Shown here piece after piece: positions 18,013-26,941 of a DNA stretch of 61,512 nt. The first letter of the stretch is position 1. Each line of letters begins with the position of its first letter. The position numbers and the translations under genes are program-made. The stretch lies in contig SKQU01000134.1 in the NCBI GenBank assembly GCA_007118855.1, forward strand, positions 1 through 61,512, in the 5' to 3' direction. This stretch comes from Spirochaetaceae bacterium (GTDB taxonomy: Bacteria; Spirochaetota; Spirochaetia; DSM-27196; SLST01). The notes beneath the pieces are model-generated. The model saw only the letters and a list, made by a program, of their open reading frames with translations, did not search any database and was not told the DNA's origin.

Positions 18013-18891
18013 ATGGCAGCAACTGCACCAAGGTCCCGCGTATACACCCGTTCGTCGAGCGACGACGAGAACGTATTGTCAATCTATCTGAAAGAGATCA
18101 ACAAGATCCCGCTTCTGTCGCGCGAGGAAGAGAACCGGTACGCGAAACTCGCCGAGCAGGGCGATGAGTTCGCAAAACACAAGCTGGTGCAGGCCAACCT
18201 GCGATTCGTGGTGAACGTCGCGAAGAAGTACCAGAACCAGGGACTGCCGCTTTCCGACCTGATCAGCGAGGGCAATATAGGCCTCATGAACGCGATCGAG
18301 CGCTTCGATGTGAGCAAGGGATACCACTTCATCTCGTACGCCGTCTGGTGGATTCGTCAGGCGATACTGAAGGCGATCTGCGAGAAGTCACGCATGATAA
18401 GGCTGCCGCTCAACCGGGCGAACGAGCTCGTGCAGATCGAGAAAGTGCGAAAGGAGATCCAGGGGCGCCACGGCGAGGAGGCGGAGATACGCAAGATCGC
18501 CGAGACGCTGAACATGGACCGCGAGCACGTCGCGGATCTGATAAGCATATCCCGGGAGCTCATCTCGCTCGAGACGCCGGTCTACAACGAAAAGGACTCG
18601 AGCATCCTCGGGGATTTTGTCGAGGACGACGGGTACCAGACCCCGGATTCGCAGGTGGTTGAGAAGGCCCTGAGGGACGACATCAACGGCATACTCGCGA
18701 CACTCACCAGGAAGGAGAGCGAGATCGTCCAGTACCGGTTCGGCCTCAACGGCCGCAGCCCGCTATCGTTGAAAGAGATTGGAGACCGGTACAACCTGAC
18801 CAAGGAGCGGATCAGGCAGATCGAGAAGAAGGCGCTGAAGCGCCTGCAGCACCCGAGTAGAGTCGGACGGCTCGAGGCCTACATCGCATAG
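18013..18891 (+). CDS. sigma-70-family RNA polymerase sigma factor, group-2 / RpoS-like size (292 aa)
   Basis: Region 1.2/2 (LSIYLKEINKIPLLSREEE, LVQANLRFVVNVAKKY, EGNIGLMNAIERFD, SYAVWWIRQAI) and region 4.2 (LSLKEIGDRYNLTKERIRQIEKKAL). No long region 1.1 or insertion as in primary sigma factors. Confidence 0.9.
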   Translation: MAATAPRSRVYTRSSSDDENVLSIYLKEINKIPLLSREEENRYAKLAEQGDEFAKHKLVQANLRFVVNVAKKYQNQGLPLSDLISEGNIGLMNAIERFDVSKGYHFISYAVWWIRQAILKAICEKSRMIRLPLNRANELVQIEKVRKEIQGRHGEEAEIRKIAETLNMDREHVADLISISRELISLETPVYNEKDSSILGDFVEDDGYQTPDSQVVEKALRDDINGILATLTRKESEIVQYRFGLNGRSPLSLKEIGDRYNLTKERIRQIEKKALKRLQHPSRVGRLEAYIA

Positions 18892-18914
18892 GTGAAAGGC
18901 AGCTTGTCGTTACG

Positions 18915-18944
18915 TTGACAGAAGGCGTGCTTTCTCCGTACTCT
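18915..18944 (+). promoter_or_regulatory. sigma-70-type promoter candidate for ppdK (TTGACA-18-TACTCT)
   Basis: TTGACA at 18915-18920 and TACTCT at 18939-18944, about 50 nt before ATG 18994. Confidence 0.4.
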
Positions 18945-18993
18945 AGCTCGCAAGTTTCTCCTTTCACAAATAACCATTGGGGGTTTACCAAGC

Positions 18994-21648
18994 ATGAAGT
19001 ACGTGTACTTTTTCGGCGAGGGCAAGGCCGAAGGCAGCAGGGAGATGAAGGATCTCCTCGGCGGGAAGGGCGCGAACCTCGCCGAGATGTCGAGTATCGG
19101 CGTTCCCGTGCCTCCGGGCTTCACCGTGTCCACCGCGGTCTGCGAGCTCTACTACGACAACAAGGGCAGGATCCCGAAGGAAGTGGCCGCGGAGGTTGAG
19201 AAGAACCTCTCGCGCCTCGAGAAGATCATGGGCAAGACGCTCGGACAAGCCGATGACCCCCTGCTCGTGTCCGTGCGCTCCGGTGCCGCCGTTTCCATGC
19301 CGGGTATGATGGACACGGTTCTCAACCTCGGCATGAATGACAAGGCGGTCAAAGGGCTTGCGGAGAAGAGCGGCAATCCCCGCTTCGCCTGGGATGCCTA
19401 CCGAAGGTTCATCAACATGTTCGGTAACGTCGTCATGGGCGTCTCCCACGAGCACTTCGAGGCGGCACTCGACAAGATCAAGAAGAAGCGCAAGGTTGAG
19501 CTCGACACGGAGCTCGATTCCGACGACCTCGAGGGAGTTGTCGATGCGTACAAGGACGTGGTCAAGAAGCACACGAAGCAGAACTTCCCGCAGGATCCCA
19601 AGAAGCAGCTCTGGGCGACGATCGATGCGGTCTTCGGTTCCTGGAACAACGAGCGCGCCGTCTCCTACCGGCGCATCAACGACATCAAGGGAGTCAAGGG
19701 AACTGCCGTCACGGTACAGTCGATGGTGTTCGGGAACCTCGGAGACGACTCGGGCACCGGGGTGTGTTTTTCGCGAGATCCTTCAACCGGCAAGAAGGTG
19801 TTCTACGGCGAATACCTGATGAACGCTCAGGGTGAGGACGTCGTAGCGGGCATCCGGACACCCATGGCGCTCAAGACGCTCGAGAAGAGGGCGCCGAAGA
19901 TCTACAAGCAGCTCGTCGACGTGAAGGATCGGCTCGAGGATCACTACAAGGATATGCAGGACATGGAGTTCACGATCCAGCAGGGATCGCTCTATATCCT
20001 GCAGACGCGAAACGGCAAACGAACCGGCGCCGCCGCCATCAAGATCGCCGTCGACCTGGTCAACGAGAAGAAGATCGACAGGGAGACGGCGATCGGCCAC
20101 GTGACCCCGGAACAGCTCGACCAGGTGTTCCATCCGCAGATCGACCCGAAGGCGAAGAAGTCGAACAAGGCGGTTGCGAAGGGTCTCAACGCGAGCCCCG
20201 GAGCGGCAAGCGGTATTGTTGTGTTCACTGCGGAGGAGGCGACGCAATGGAAGAAGGACGGGAAGCAGGTCCTCCTCGTGCGCCGCGAAACGAGCCCCGA
20301 GGACATTGAGGGCATGCACGCAGCCGAAGGCATTCTGACCTCCACCGGTGGCATGACCAGTCACGCCGCGGTCGTGGCGCGCGGGATGGGCAAGCCGTGC
20401 GTGGCCGGATGCAAGGATGTTGTGATCAGCGGTAAGAAACTCACCGTGAACGGCAATACCGTCAAGCAGGGTGAGGCGATGACCATCGACGGTACGACCG
20501 GTGAGGTCTTCATCGGCGAGCTGGAGTTGACCAACCCGAAGATCTCCGGTGAGCTGAACACCTTCCTGAGCTGGACGGACGACGTGCGGTTGAAGGCGGA
20601 GCGTCCGGGACTCACGCAGAAGGGTCTCAACATCCGCACCAATGCCGATACTCCGGGGGACGCCAAGCGCGCCCGGGAGTTCGGGGCGGAGGGAATCGGG
20701 CTCTGCCGTACTGAGCATATGTTCTTTGAAGAGGACAAGATCTTCAACTTCCGTCAGATGATCGTCGCGGAGAACAAGGAAGCTCGCGAGAAGGCACTCA
20801 AGAAGATTCTTCCGCTGCAGAAGAAAGACTTTAAGGGAATCTTCAAGGCGATGGACGGGCTTCCCGTTACCATCAGGCTGCTCGACCCCCCGCTGCACGA
20901 GTTCGTTCCGCGCGAGAACAGGGAGATCAAGCAACTGGCGGAGGCCGTGGGTCTGTCGCCCGGCAAAGTCAAGGCCAAGATCGAGAGCCTGCACGAACTG
21001 AACCCCATGCTCGGGCATCGCGGGTGTCGACTCGGTATCACCTTTCCCGAGGTCTACGACATGCAGGTGGAAGCGATCATGACCGCCGCGTGTGAAGTCG
21101 CGAAGACCGGCGTGAAGGTCATCCCTGAGATCATGATCCCGCTTGTGGGAACGCGGCAGGAGCTCGCAGTGCTGCGCGAGAATGCGGTACGTGTCGCCGA
21201 GGCCGTCCTTGAGAAGAAGAAGCAGAAGGTCGAGTACCTCGTCGGAACGATGATCGAGATCCCGCGCGCCGCGCTGACTGCAGATGAGGTCGCGGAAGTG
21301 GCCGACTTCTTCAGCTTCGGCACCAACGACCTGACGCAGATGGCGTTCGGGTACAGCCGTGACGACGTGGGTACCTTTGTCCCGGAGTACATCGAACAGG
21401 GGATACTTGAAGAGGACCCGTTTGCGGTGCTCGATCAGAGCGGCGTGGGCCAGCTCGTACAGATCGGCGTGGAGAAGGGCCGGTCGGCCAAGCCCGATTT
21501 GAAGGTCGGTATCTGCGGCGAGCACGGAGGCGAGCCGAAGTCCGTGGACTTTTGCTACCGCGTCGGGATGAACTACGTTTCGTGTTCACCGTTCCGCGTG
21601 CCGATCGCGAGGTTGGCCGCGGCGCAGGCGGTGATCAGGAATCGCTGA
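18994..21648 (+). CDS. ppdK: pyruvate, phosphate dikinase
   Basis: MKYVYFFGEG..GGKGANLAEM, phospho-His motif GGMTSHAAVVARGMGKPCV, and C-terminal GICGEHGG. Confidence 0.95.
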   Translation: MKYVYFFGEGKAEGSREMKDLLGGKGANLAEMSSIGVPVPPGFTVSTAVCELYYDNKGRIPKEVAAEVEKNLSRLEKIMGKTLGQADDPLLVSVRSGAAVSMPGMMDTVLNLGMNDKAVKGLAEKSGNPRFAWDAYRRFINMFGNVVMGVSHEHFEAALDKIKKKRKVELDTELDSDDLEGVVDAYKDVVKKHTKQNFPQDPKKQLWATIDAVFGSWNNERAVSYRRINDIKGVKGTAVTVQSMVFGNLGDDSGTGVCFSRDPSTGKKVFYGEYLMNAQGEDVVAGIRTPMALKTLEKRAPKIYKQLVDVKDRLEDHYKDMQDMEFTIQQGSLYILQTRNGKRTGAAAIKIAVDLVNEKKIDRETAIGHVTPEQLDQVFHPQIDPKAKKSNKAVAKGLNASPGAASGIVVFTAEEATQWKKDGKQVLLVRRETSPEDIEGMHAAEGILTSTGGMTSHAAVVARGMGKPCVAGCKDVVISGKKLTVNGNTVKQGEAMTIDGTTGEVFIGELELTNPKISGELNTFLSWTDDVRLKAERPGLTQKGLNIRTNADTPGDAKRAREFGAEGIGLCRTEHMFFEEDKIFNFRQMIVAENKEAREKALKKILPLQKKDFKGIFKAMDGLPVTIRLLDPPLHEFVPRENREIKQLAEAVGLSPGKVKAKIESLHELNPMLGHRGCRLGITFPEVYDMQVEAIMTAACEVAKTGVKVIPEIMIPLVGTRQELAVLRENAVRVAEAVLEKKKQKVEYLVGTMIEIPRAALTADEVAEVADFFSFGTNDLTQMAFGYSRDDVGTFVPEYIEQGILEEDPFAVLDQSGVGQLVQIGVEKGRSAKPDLKVGICGEHGGEPKSVDFCYRVGMNYVSCSPFRVPIARLAAAQAVIRNR

Positions 21649-21660
21649 AGACTCAGAGGA

Positions 21661-21688
21661 GAGAGGCTGCCCCTTGGGGCAGCCTCTC
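21661..21688 (+). terminator. GC-rich hairpin after ppdK (weak T tract)
   Basis: GAGAGGCTGCCC-CTTG-GGGCAGCCTCTC followed by CTTATT. The stem is strong but the U-tract is poor. Confidence 0.4.
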
Positions 21689-21701
21689 CTTATTGCGGGA
21701 C

Positions 21702-21726
21702 AAAAAAAAGCCCGGGAAACCCGGGC
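21702..21726 (-). terminator. intrinsic terminator downstream of tRNA-Phe
   Basis: The minus strand reads GCCCGGG-TTT-CCCGGGC followed by T8, 19 nt after the tRNA 3' end. Confidence 0.7.
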
Positions 21727-21744
21727 CCCCGGCCTTCCGGGCAC

Positions 21745-21817
21745 TGCCGCCGAACAGAATCGAACTGTTGACACGTGGATTTTCAGTCCACTGCTCTACC
21801 AACTGAGCTACAGCGGC
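21745..21817 (-). tRNA. tRNA-Phe (anticodon GAA)
   Basis: Hand-folded cloverleaf: acceptor GCCGCTG/CGGCGGC (one G-U), D arm GCTC-AGTTGGTA-GAGC, anticodon arm GTGGA-CTGAAAA-TCCAC, T arm AACAG-TTCGATT-CTGTT, discriminator A. CCA is not encoded. Confidence 0.95.
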
Positions 21818-21830
21818 GAGAATTTCGTCT

Positions 21831-21859
21831 ATACTATTGATTCGACCCGGCTGCGTCAA
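21831..21859 (-). promoter_or_regulatory. sigma-70-type promoter candidate for tRNA-Phe (TTGACG-17-TAGTAT)
   Basis: The minus strand reads TTGACG (21859-21854), a 17-nt spacer, then TAGTAT (21836-21831), 13 nt before the mature 5' end. Confidence 0.6.
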
Positions 21860-21937
21860 GTCGCTTGCCATAAGGTTGCCACAAGCGTGCCCATGTCTTT
21901 GTTGACCCGAGGCTCCACAGCTCCTATCATCGAGCGC

Positions 21938-23101
21938 ATGGACAGGCGTAAGCGCGCGATCGACGCGTACAAGCGGGTGCAGGACCGCACCGATCGAATC
22001 CCTCCCGAAGAGAAGGAGCACGGCCTGCCGGACGGATTCCCCAAGACGTCGAGCCGGCCCCCGGTAACGGCGGCTCCCGAACGATCGAGCGTCTCCGAGC
22101 ATATGGCCGGGCTCGTCGAGGGAGCCGGACCCGAACGCGCGGCCCGGTTGCTGATCGCGCTTGGCAGTGAGCGTGCGGCCGGGATCCTGCGTCATCTCGA
22201 TGATGGTGAGGTCGACGCGATTGCCGGCGCTATCGTCGCGACCGGTGGGTTCCGCGCGAGTGAGCTCGACGCGGCGCTCGCGGACGCAGTGGATGCGTCG
22301 GCGAATGCCCGGCTTCGGGGGGGGCCGGACGTGGCCCGCGCAATGCTCAGGTCCGCCTTCGGGCCGGAGGAGGGTGAGCGTCGGTTCTTCCGCTCCGTAC
22401 CCAACGCGCCTGCGGTGCACTTCGCCTTCCTCAACGATTACGAGCCCGCGCAGCTGTACGCGGTCGTCAAGGACGAATCGCCCGCCGCGGCCGCGCTCAT
22501 CCTCGCGCACATCAACCGCGACTCGGCGGCAAAAGTCCTCTCTATGCTCCCGGCGGACCAACGCCCCGCCGTCGCTCGCCGGATCGCGCGGATGGGCACA
22601 CTGAGCCGGGATGTTGTGCTGCGGGTCGAGGAGGCGGTCAAGGAGAAGATCCGGCGGCAGGGACGGCAGGTGACTCACGGGGTAGACGGTCCGGCGACGC
22701 TCGCGGCGATTCTCCGGTACATGGGGCCCGCCTCCGGTGACGCGCTTCTCGCCGAGTTGCGGCAGGCCAACGTCGACCTGGGAGAAGTCGTCCGACAGAA
22801 GCTCTACACGACCGAGCTCCTCCTCGAGCTCTCCGATCGACATCTCGCGGACCTGCTCCGTGAGTTCAGTGACCATGAGATCGCGCTCTTCCTCAAGGGC
22901 AAGGACGAGCGCCTCCGTTCCCGGGTTCTGCGGTCGCTGTCCGAGCGGCGCGGCGCCTCCGTCAGCGAGGAGTACGCCCATCTCGGCGCCCGGCACCGGG
23001 ATGAGGTGGACCGGGTCAGCGCTGAGGTGCTCGAACGGATGCGGGAGCTCGAGGAGGAAGGAACCATACTTGTACCTCGGGAGGGCGATCACTATATTTA
23101 G
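21938..23101 (+). CDS. fliG: flagellar motor switch protein FliG paralog with N-terminal extension
   Basis: FliG N, middle and C domains (ERAARLLIALGSERAAGILRHL, AAALILAHI..DSAAKVLSMLP, ...MRELEEEGTI). ATG 21938 was chosen on GC3 pattern. ATG 21893 (longer) and ATG 22103 (canonical length) are alternatives. Confidence 0.8.
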   Translation: MDRRKRAIDAYKRVQDRTDRIPPEEKEHGLPDGFPKTSSRPPVTAAPERSSVSEHMAGLVEGAGPERAARLLIALGSERAAGILRHLDDGEVDAIAGAIVATGGFRASELDAALADAVDASANARLRGGPDVARAMLRSAFGPEEGERRFFRSVPNAPAVHFAFLNDYEPAQLYAVVKDESPAAAALILAHINRDSAAKVLSMLPADQRPAVARRIARMGTLSRDVVLRVEEAVKEKIRRQGRQVTHGVDGPATLAAILRYMGPASGDALLAELRQANVDLGEVVRQKLYTTELLLELSDRHLADLLREFSDHEIALFLKGKDERLRSRVLRSLSERRGASVSEEYAHLGARHRDEVDRVSAEVLERMRELEEEGTILVPREGDHYI

Positions 23102-23134
23102 GTGGCCCCGGCAGCAGGCCGTGCGGAGGACGAA

Positions 23135-23653
23135 TTGTATTCGACGAGATTGGCATATCTGCTCTGGCTCCCTTCCCTGTTCGGCGTCGCCGGGCTGCAT
23201 AGACTCTACATAGGGAAGATCGGCACGGGGCTGCTCTATCTCATGACGGCCGGACTCTTCGGGCTCGGCACCATCTATGACGCGATCACCCTGCCGGACC
23301 AGGTGCGCGAGGCTCGCTTGAGGGCGCGGATGCGCAGCGCGATAGACGGACGGCTCGACGAGCTCGAAGACATGGATTTCGCCGCGCACCGGTCGGGATC
23401 CTCGCCGCCGCGCGAGCGAGCGGAGTCGCCTGAGCACGTGATCCTTCGCGTAGCGAAGGCGAATCACGGCATCGCCTCCGCCGCCCAGGTCGCGCTCGAG
23501 GGCAAGATCTCCACGGATGAGGCGCGTGAGCAACTCGACGCCCTCGTCAACAAAGGGATCGCCGAGGTCCGTGTTCGCAGAAGCGGAACCCTTGCGTACG
23601 TGTTCCCCGATTTTCTCGACGACACCGGCTCTGCCGATCTCGAACGGTTCTGA
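23135..23653 (+). CDS. TM2-domain membrane protein with soluble C-terminal domain
   Basis: AYLLWLPSLFGVAGLHRLYIGK..GLFGLGTIYD is a TM2 signature. TTG 23135 is preceded by GGAGG (23125-23129). GTG 23102, directly after the fliG stop, is the longest alternative. Confidence 0.65.
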   Translation: MYSTRLAYLLWLPSLFGVAGLHRLYIGKIGTGLLYLMTAGLFGLGTIYDAITLPDQVREARLRARMRSAIDGRLDELEDMDFAAHRSGSSPPRERAESPEHVILRVAKANHGIASAAQVALEGKISTDEAREQLDALVNKGIAEVRVRRSGTLAYVFPDFLDDTGSADLERF

Positions 23654-23679
23654 CAGCCAACCACGATCAGAGGAATCAT

Positions 23680-25464
23680 ATGACCGCGAATGAACTGCGA
23701 CGCTTGTACATCGAGTTTTTCAAGACAAAGGACCACTCGGAGATCTCCGGCGCTTCGCTCATTCCGCAGAATGACCCGACGGTTCTGTTCACAACCGCGG
23801 GCATGCACCCGCTCGTGCCGTACCTGCTCGGCGAGAAGCATCCCTCCGGCACGCGTCTGGTCAACGTGCAGCGCTGCATCCGCACCGGCGACATCGACGA
23901 CGTGGGCGATTTTTCGCACCTGACCTTCTTTGAGATGCTGGGCAACTGGTCACTCGGCGAGTACTTCAAGGAGGGGTCGATCCGGATGAGCTGGGAGTTT
24001 CTCACCAGCCGCGACTGGCTCGCGATTCCACCGGAGAAGCTCGCCGTAACCTGCTTCGCCGGCGATGAGGATGTGCCGCGCGACGAGGAGTCGGCTACCG
24101 TGTGGAAGTCGCTCGGCATACCGGAGCAACGGATCTTCTTCCTCGGCCGCGAGGAGAACTGGTGGGGGCCGGCCGGCGAGACCGGACCCTGCGGCCCCGA
24201 CACCGAGATCTACGTCGACACGGGTATAGCCGGAACGGCGGACAGCCGCCCCGGTGTCTCGGACGGGAAGTGGATGGAGATCTGGAACAACGTCTTCATG
24301 GAGTATAATCGCCTTGCAGACGGCACCTACGCCAGGCTCGGACGCACGTGCGTTGATACCGGGATGGGGATCGAACGGACGATCACCATCCTGCAGGGCA
24401 GGAAGAGCGTCTATGAGACGGAGCTCTTCACGCCGGTGATCGCCCACATCGAGCGCGTGACGGGCACGTCCTACGGTTCAGACCGATCGACCGACGTTTC
24501 GATACGGATCATCTCGGACCACGTGCGTACGGCGGCCCATGTCATTGGCGACGAAGCCGGCGTATTGCCGTCGAACGTGGGCGCGGGGTACATCCTGCGG
24601 CGCCTGATCCGGCGGGCCGTGCGACACGGACGCAAGCTCGGCCTGTCCGAGCCGTTTCTTGCTCCCATCGCCGAGACCGTGATCGGCATGTACGAGTCGG
24701 TCTATCCCGCCCTCGGCTCCAAACGTGGAGAGGTCATCTCGGAGCTGACCGCGGAGGAGGAGCGTTTTCTCACGACGCTTCGCAGGGGCGAGCACGAGTT
24801 CGAGAAACTGCTGCCGAACCTGGAGAGGAACCCGGCGCGGGTCATTCCGGGCCGCGTTGCGTTCCGGCTCTACGACACATACGGGTTTCCCATTGAGATC
24901 ACCGAGGAGCTCGCGGGCGAGCACGGCATGACGGTCGACCGGCAGGGGTTCGACGAGGCGTACCGCAAGCATCAGGACACGAGCAAGGCGGACACCGGCA
25001 CCTTCAGAGGCGGCCTCGCCGACCATACCGAGATGACGACCCGCCTGCATACGGCGACCCATCTGTTGCACAAGGCGCTGCGTGAGGTGCTCGGCGATCA
25101 TGTGGCGCAGAAGGGAAGCAACATCACGCAGGAGCGTCTGCGGTTCGACTTCACCCACCCGGAGAAGATGAGTCCGGACGAGCTGAAGCAGGTAGAGCAG
25201 ATCGTGAATCGGCAGATCGAACGCGACCTCCCGGTGGACTACACGGAGATGACCCTCGAGGACGCGCGAACGAACGGGGCTATTGCGCTGTTCGGCGAGA
25301 AGTACGACGAGGTGGTCAAAGTTTACTCGATCGGTGACTTCTCACGAGAGGTGTGCGGCGGGCCCCATGTGGGGAGCACCGCAGAGCTCGGGACCTTTCG
25401 AATCGTGAAGGAGCAGAGCTCCTCACAGGGCGTGCGCCGGATCAAGGCGGTTCTCGAGTCGTAG
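23680..25464 (+). CDS. alaS: alanine--tRNA ligase, short form without C-Ala domain (594 aa)
   Basis: Class II core (FTTAGMHPLVPYLLG, RCIRTGDIDDVGD) and editing-domain motifs (HTATHLLHKAL, CGGPHV). It ends right after the editing domain. Confidence 0.9.
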   Translation: MTANELRRLYIEFFKTKDHSEISGASLIPQNDPTVLFTTAGMHPLVPYLLGEKHPSGTRLVNVQRCIRTGDIDDVGDFSHLTFFEMLGNWSLGEYFKEGSIRMSWEFLTSRDWLAIPPEKLAVTCFAGDEDVPRDEESATVWKSLGIPEQRIFFLGREENWWGPAGETGPCGPDTEIYVDTGIAGTADSRPGVSDGKWMEIWNNVFMEYNRLADGTYARLGRTCVDTGMGIERTITILQGRKSVYETELFTPVIAHIERVTGTSYGSDRSTDVSIRIISDHVRTAAHVIGDEAGVLPSNVGAGYILRRLIRRAVRHGRKLGLSEPFLAPIAETVIGMYESVYPALGSKRGEVISELTAEEERFLTTLRRGEHEFEKLLPNLERNPARVIPGRVAFRLYDTYGFPIEITEELAGEHGMTVDRQGFDEAYRKHQDTSKADTGTFRGGLADHTEMTTRLHTATHLLHKALREVLGDHVAQKGSNITQERLRFDFTHPEKMSPDELKQVEQIVNRQIERDLPVDYTEMTLEDARTNGAIALFGEKYDEVVKVYSIGDFSREVCGGPHVGSTAELGTFRIVKEQSSSQGVRRIKAVLES

Positions 25465-25504
25465 TAGGGGTGATTCGGACCGGCCGCTGCGTCGGAGCGG
25501 AGGT

Positions 25505-26596
25505 TCAGCGCTGCCGGTAGCGCTCGATGAGCTGCCGCACGTGTGCACCCTCGGTGCCCTGCGCAGGGTACGAGGAGAGCACCTCGACCGCGTCGCCGGG
25601 ACGGCCGGATTGGGCGTACGTCGCGGCGAGCTCGGCGAATACCCTGTAGATATCTGCGTGTTCACGCCTCAGCTCCTCGAGCAGCGAGATCGAGTCGGCG
25701 TACTCGCCACGGGTGCGCGAGACGATCGCCAGTCCCAGCGCAGCGTACAGATCGTCTCCTATGTCGAGAGCCTTCCGGTAGCAGCGTTCGGCCTCTTCGA
25801 GCTCACCCATCGAGCGGTATGCGTCACCGGCCCTCGTGAGGATGACCTTGTTCTGCGGATCATGCTCGAGAATGCGGTTCCAGTAGCGCAGGCTGGGCTG
25901 CGGTTCATTGAGGCCGCGATGGCAGTCGGCGAGGCCGAAGAGCGCATAGAAGTTGTCGGGCTCCCTTTCGAGCGCCCGGGTGAAGTACGGAATCGCTTCG
26001 TCGAACTGCTTGAGCTTCCGGTAACTGTTGCCGATCGAGGTCAGGACTCTGATGTCGACTCCCCGGCCGCGCAGCTTGTACATCCGCAGCCAGCACTCGA
26101 GCGCCTGTTCGTACTCCCTGAAGTCGTAGTGCAGGTGTCCAAGGCCTATCAGGGCGTAGGGATTCTCCTCCTCGATCCCGAGAACCCGTCGGTACATCTC
26201 CTCCGACTTCCGTTTCTCCCGCACCTTTCTATAGGCATCCGCCACGCGGGTCAGCACCGCGACATTTCGGTCGTCATGCTCCAGATAGCGTTCCCACACC
26301 TTGAGCGCGTCCTGGTGTTTGCGCAGTGCGCGATAACTGTCGGCCAGACCAAAGAGCGCGAACGCGTTCTGCGGATCATGCTCCAGGCATGTGTGGTAGA
26401 AGGCGACTGCGTCTTTCGGCCGGCCCTGCTTCCGGGCGATGTCGCCGAGGCCCACGAGCGCGTAACAGTTCTCCGGCTCGAGCTCAAGGGCCTCCTCGAA
26501 GCGCTCGATCGACTGCTCGTACTCACCGCTTTTCAGAAGCTGATACCCGTGCCGGGACAAGCTCGCCACATCGTTGCCTGCGCTGCGATCAGACAT
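25505..26596 (-). CDS. tetratricopeptide (TPR) repeat protein
   Basis: About 9-10 consecutive 34-aa TPR-like units (A..Y...LE.DP.N..AL.GLG pattern). Confidence 0.8.
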   Translation of the reverse strand: MSDRSAGNDVASLSRHGYQLLKSGEYEQSIERFEEALELEPENCYALVGLGDIARKQGRPKDAVAFYHTCLEHDPQNAFALFGLADSYRALRKHQDALKVWERYLEHDDRNVAVLTRVADAYRKVREKRKSEEMYRRVLGIEEENPYALIGLGHLHYDFREYEQALECWLRMYKLRGRGVDIRVLTSIGNSYRKLKQFDEAIPYFTRALEREPDNFYALFGLADCHRGLNEPQPSLRYWNRILEHDPQNKVILTRAGDAYRSMGELEEAERCYRKALDIGDDLYAALGLAIVSRTRGEYADSISLLEELRREHADIYRVFAELAATYAQSGRPGDAVEVLSSYPAQGTEGAHVRQLIERYRQR

Positions 26597-26936
26597 CCTG
26601 CGACTCCTTGAGCCAGCTTCTCACAACAGCGGCCATCCGTTCAATGAGATACTCGCTCTTGTGACGCTCCGGGGCGAGCCAGTACATCCGGAACGCCTCG
26701 AGCGGCTCCCTCCGTTGCAGATAGTAGTCACCCACCCGGATCAGACCGTCGGTGTATCCGGTTGTCAGGAATATGCGTTTCGCCTCGTCGATCCGGCCGC
26801 GGTTGTAGAGCTCGTTCCCCTTGCGGATGAGCATCGTTCGCTGTTGCGCGGACAGCTGTCCGGTAGGCCCCCGATTGGTCTTGAGGAAGCCCGGTGCGGC
26901 CAGATCGTCTCGCAACCGTGTCCCTTTCTCGCCCAT
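26589..26936 (-). CDS. small hypothetical protein (115 aa)
   Basis: GC3-consistent ORF, 5 nt after the hisB stop, overlapping the TPR gene start by 8 nt. No family recognised. Confidence 0.45.
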   Translation of the reverse strand: MGEKGTRLRDDLAAPGFLKTNRGPTGQLSAQQRTMLIRKGNELYNRGRIDEAKRIFLTTGYTDGLIRVGDYYLQRREPLEAFRMYWLAPERHKSEYLIERMAAVVRSWLKESQDV

Positions 26937-26941
26937 AGCCC

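Noticed and set aside
18891-18967. 8-bp inverted repeat GTGAAAGG ... CCTTTCAC flanking the ppdK promoter region
   Set aside because: The arms are about 60 nt apart and short, so chance occurrence is plausible. No supporting structure or T-tract was seen.
21653-23533. 626-aa minus-strand ORF spanning tRNA-Phe, fliG and the TM2 gene
   Set aside because: It overlaps a well-folded tRNA and two plus-strand genes with clear family motifs. Its composition is Arg/Pro-rich and featureless.
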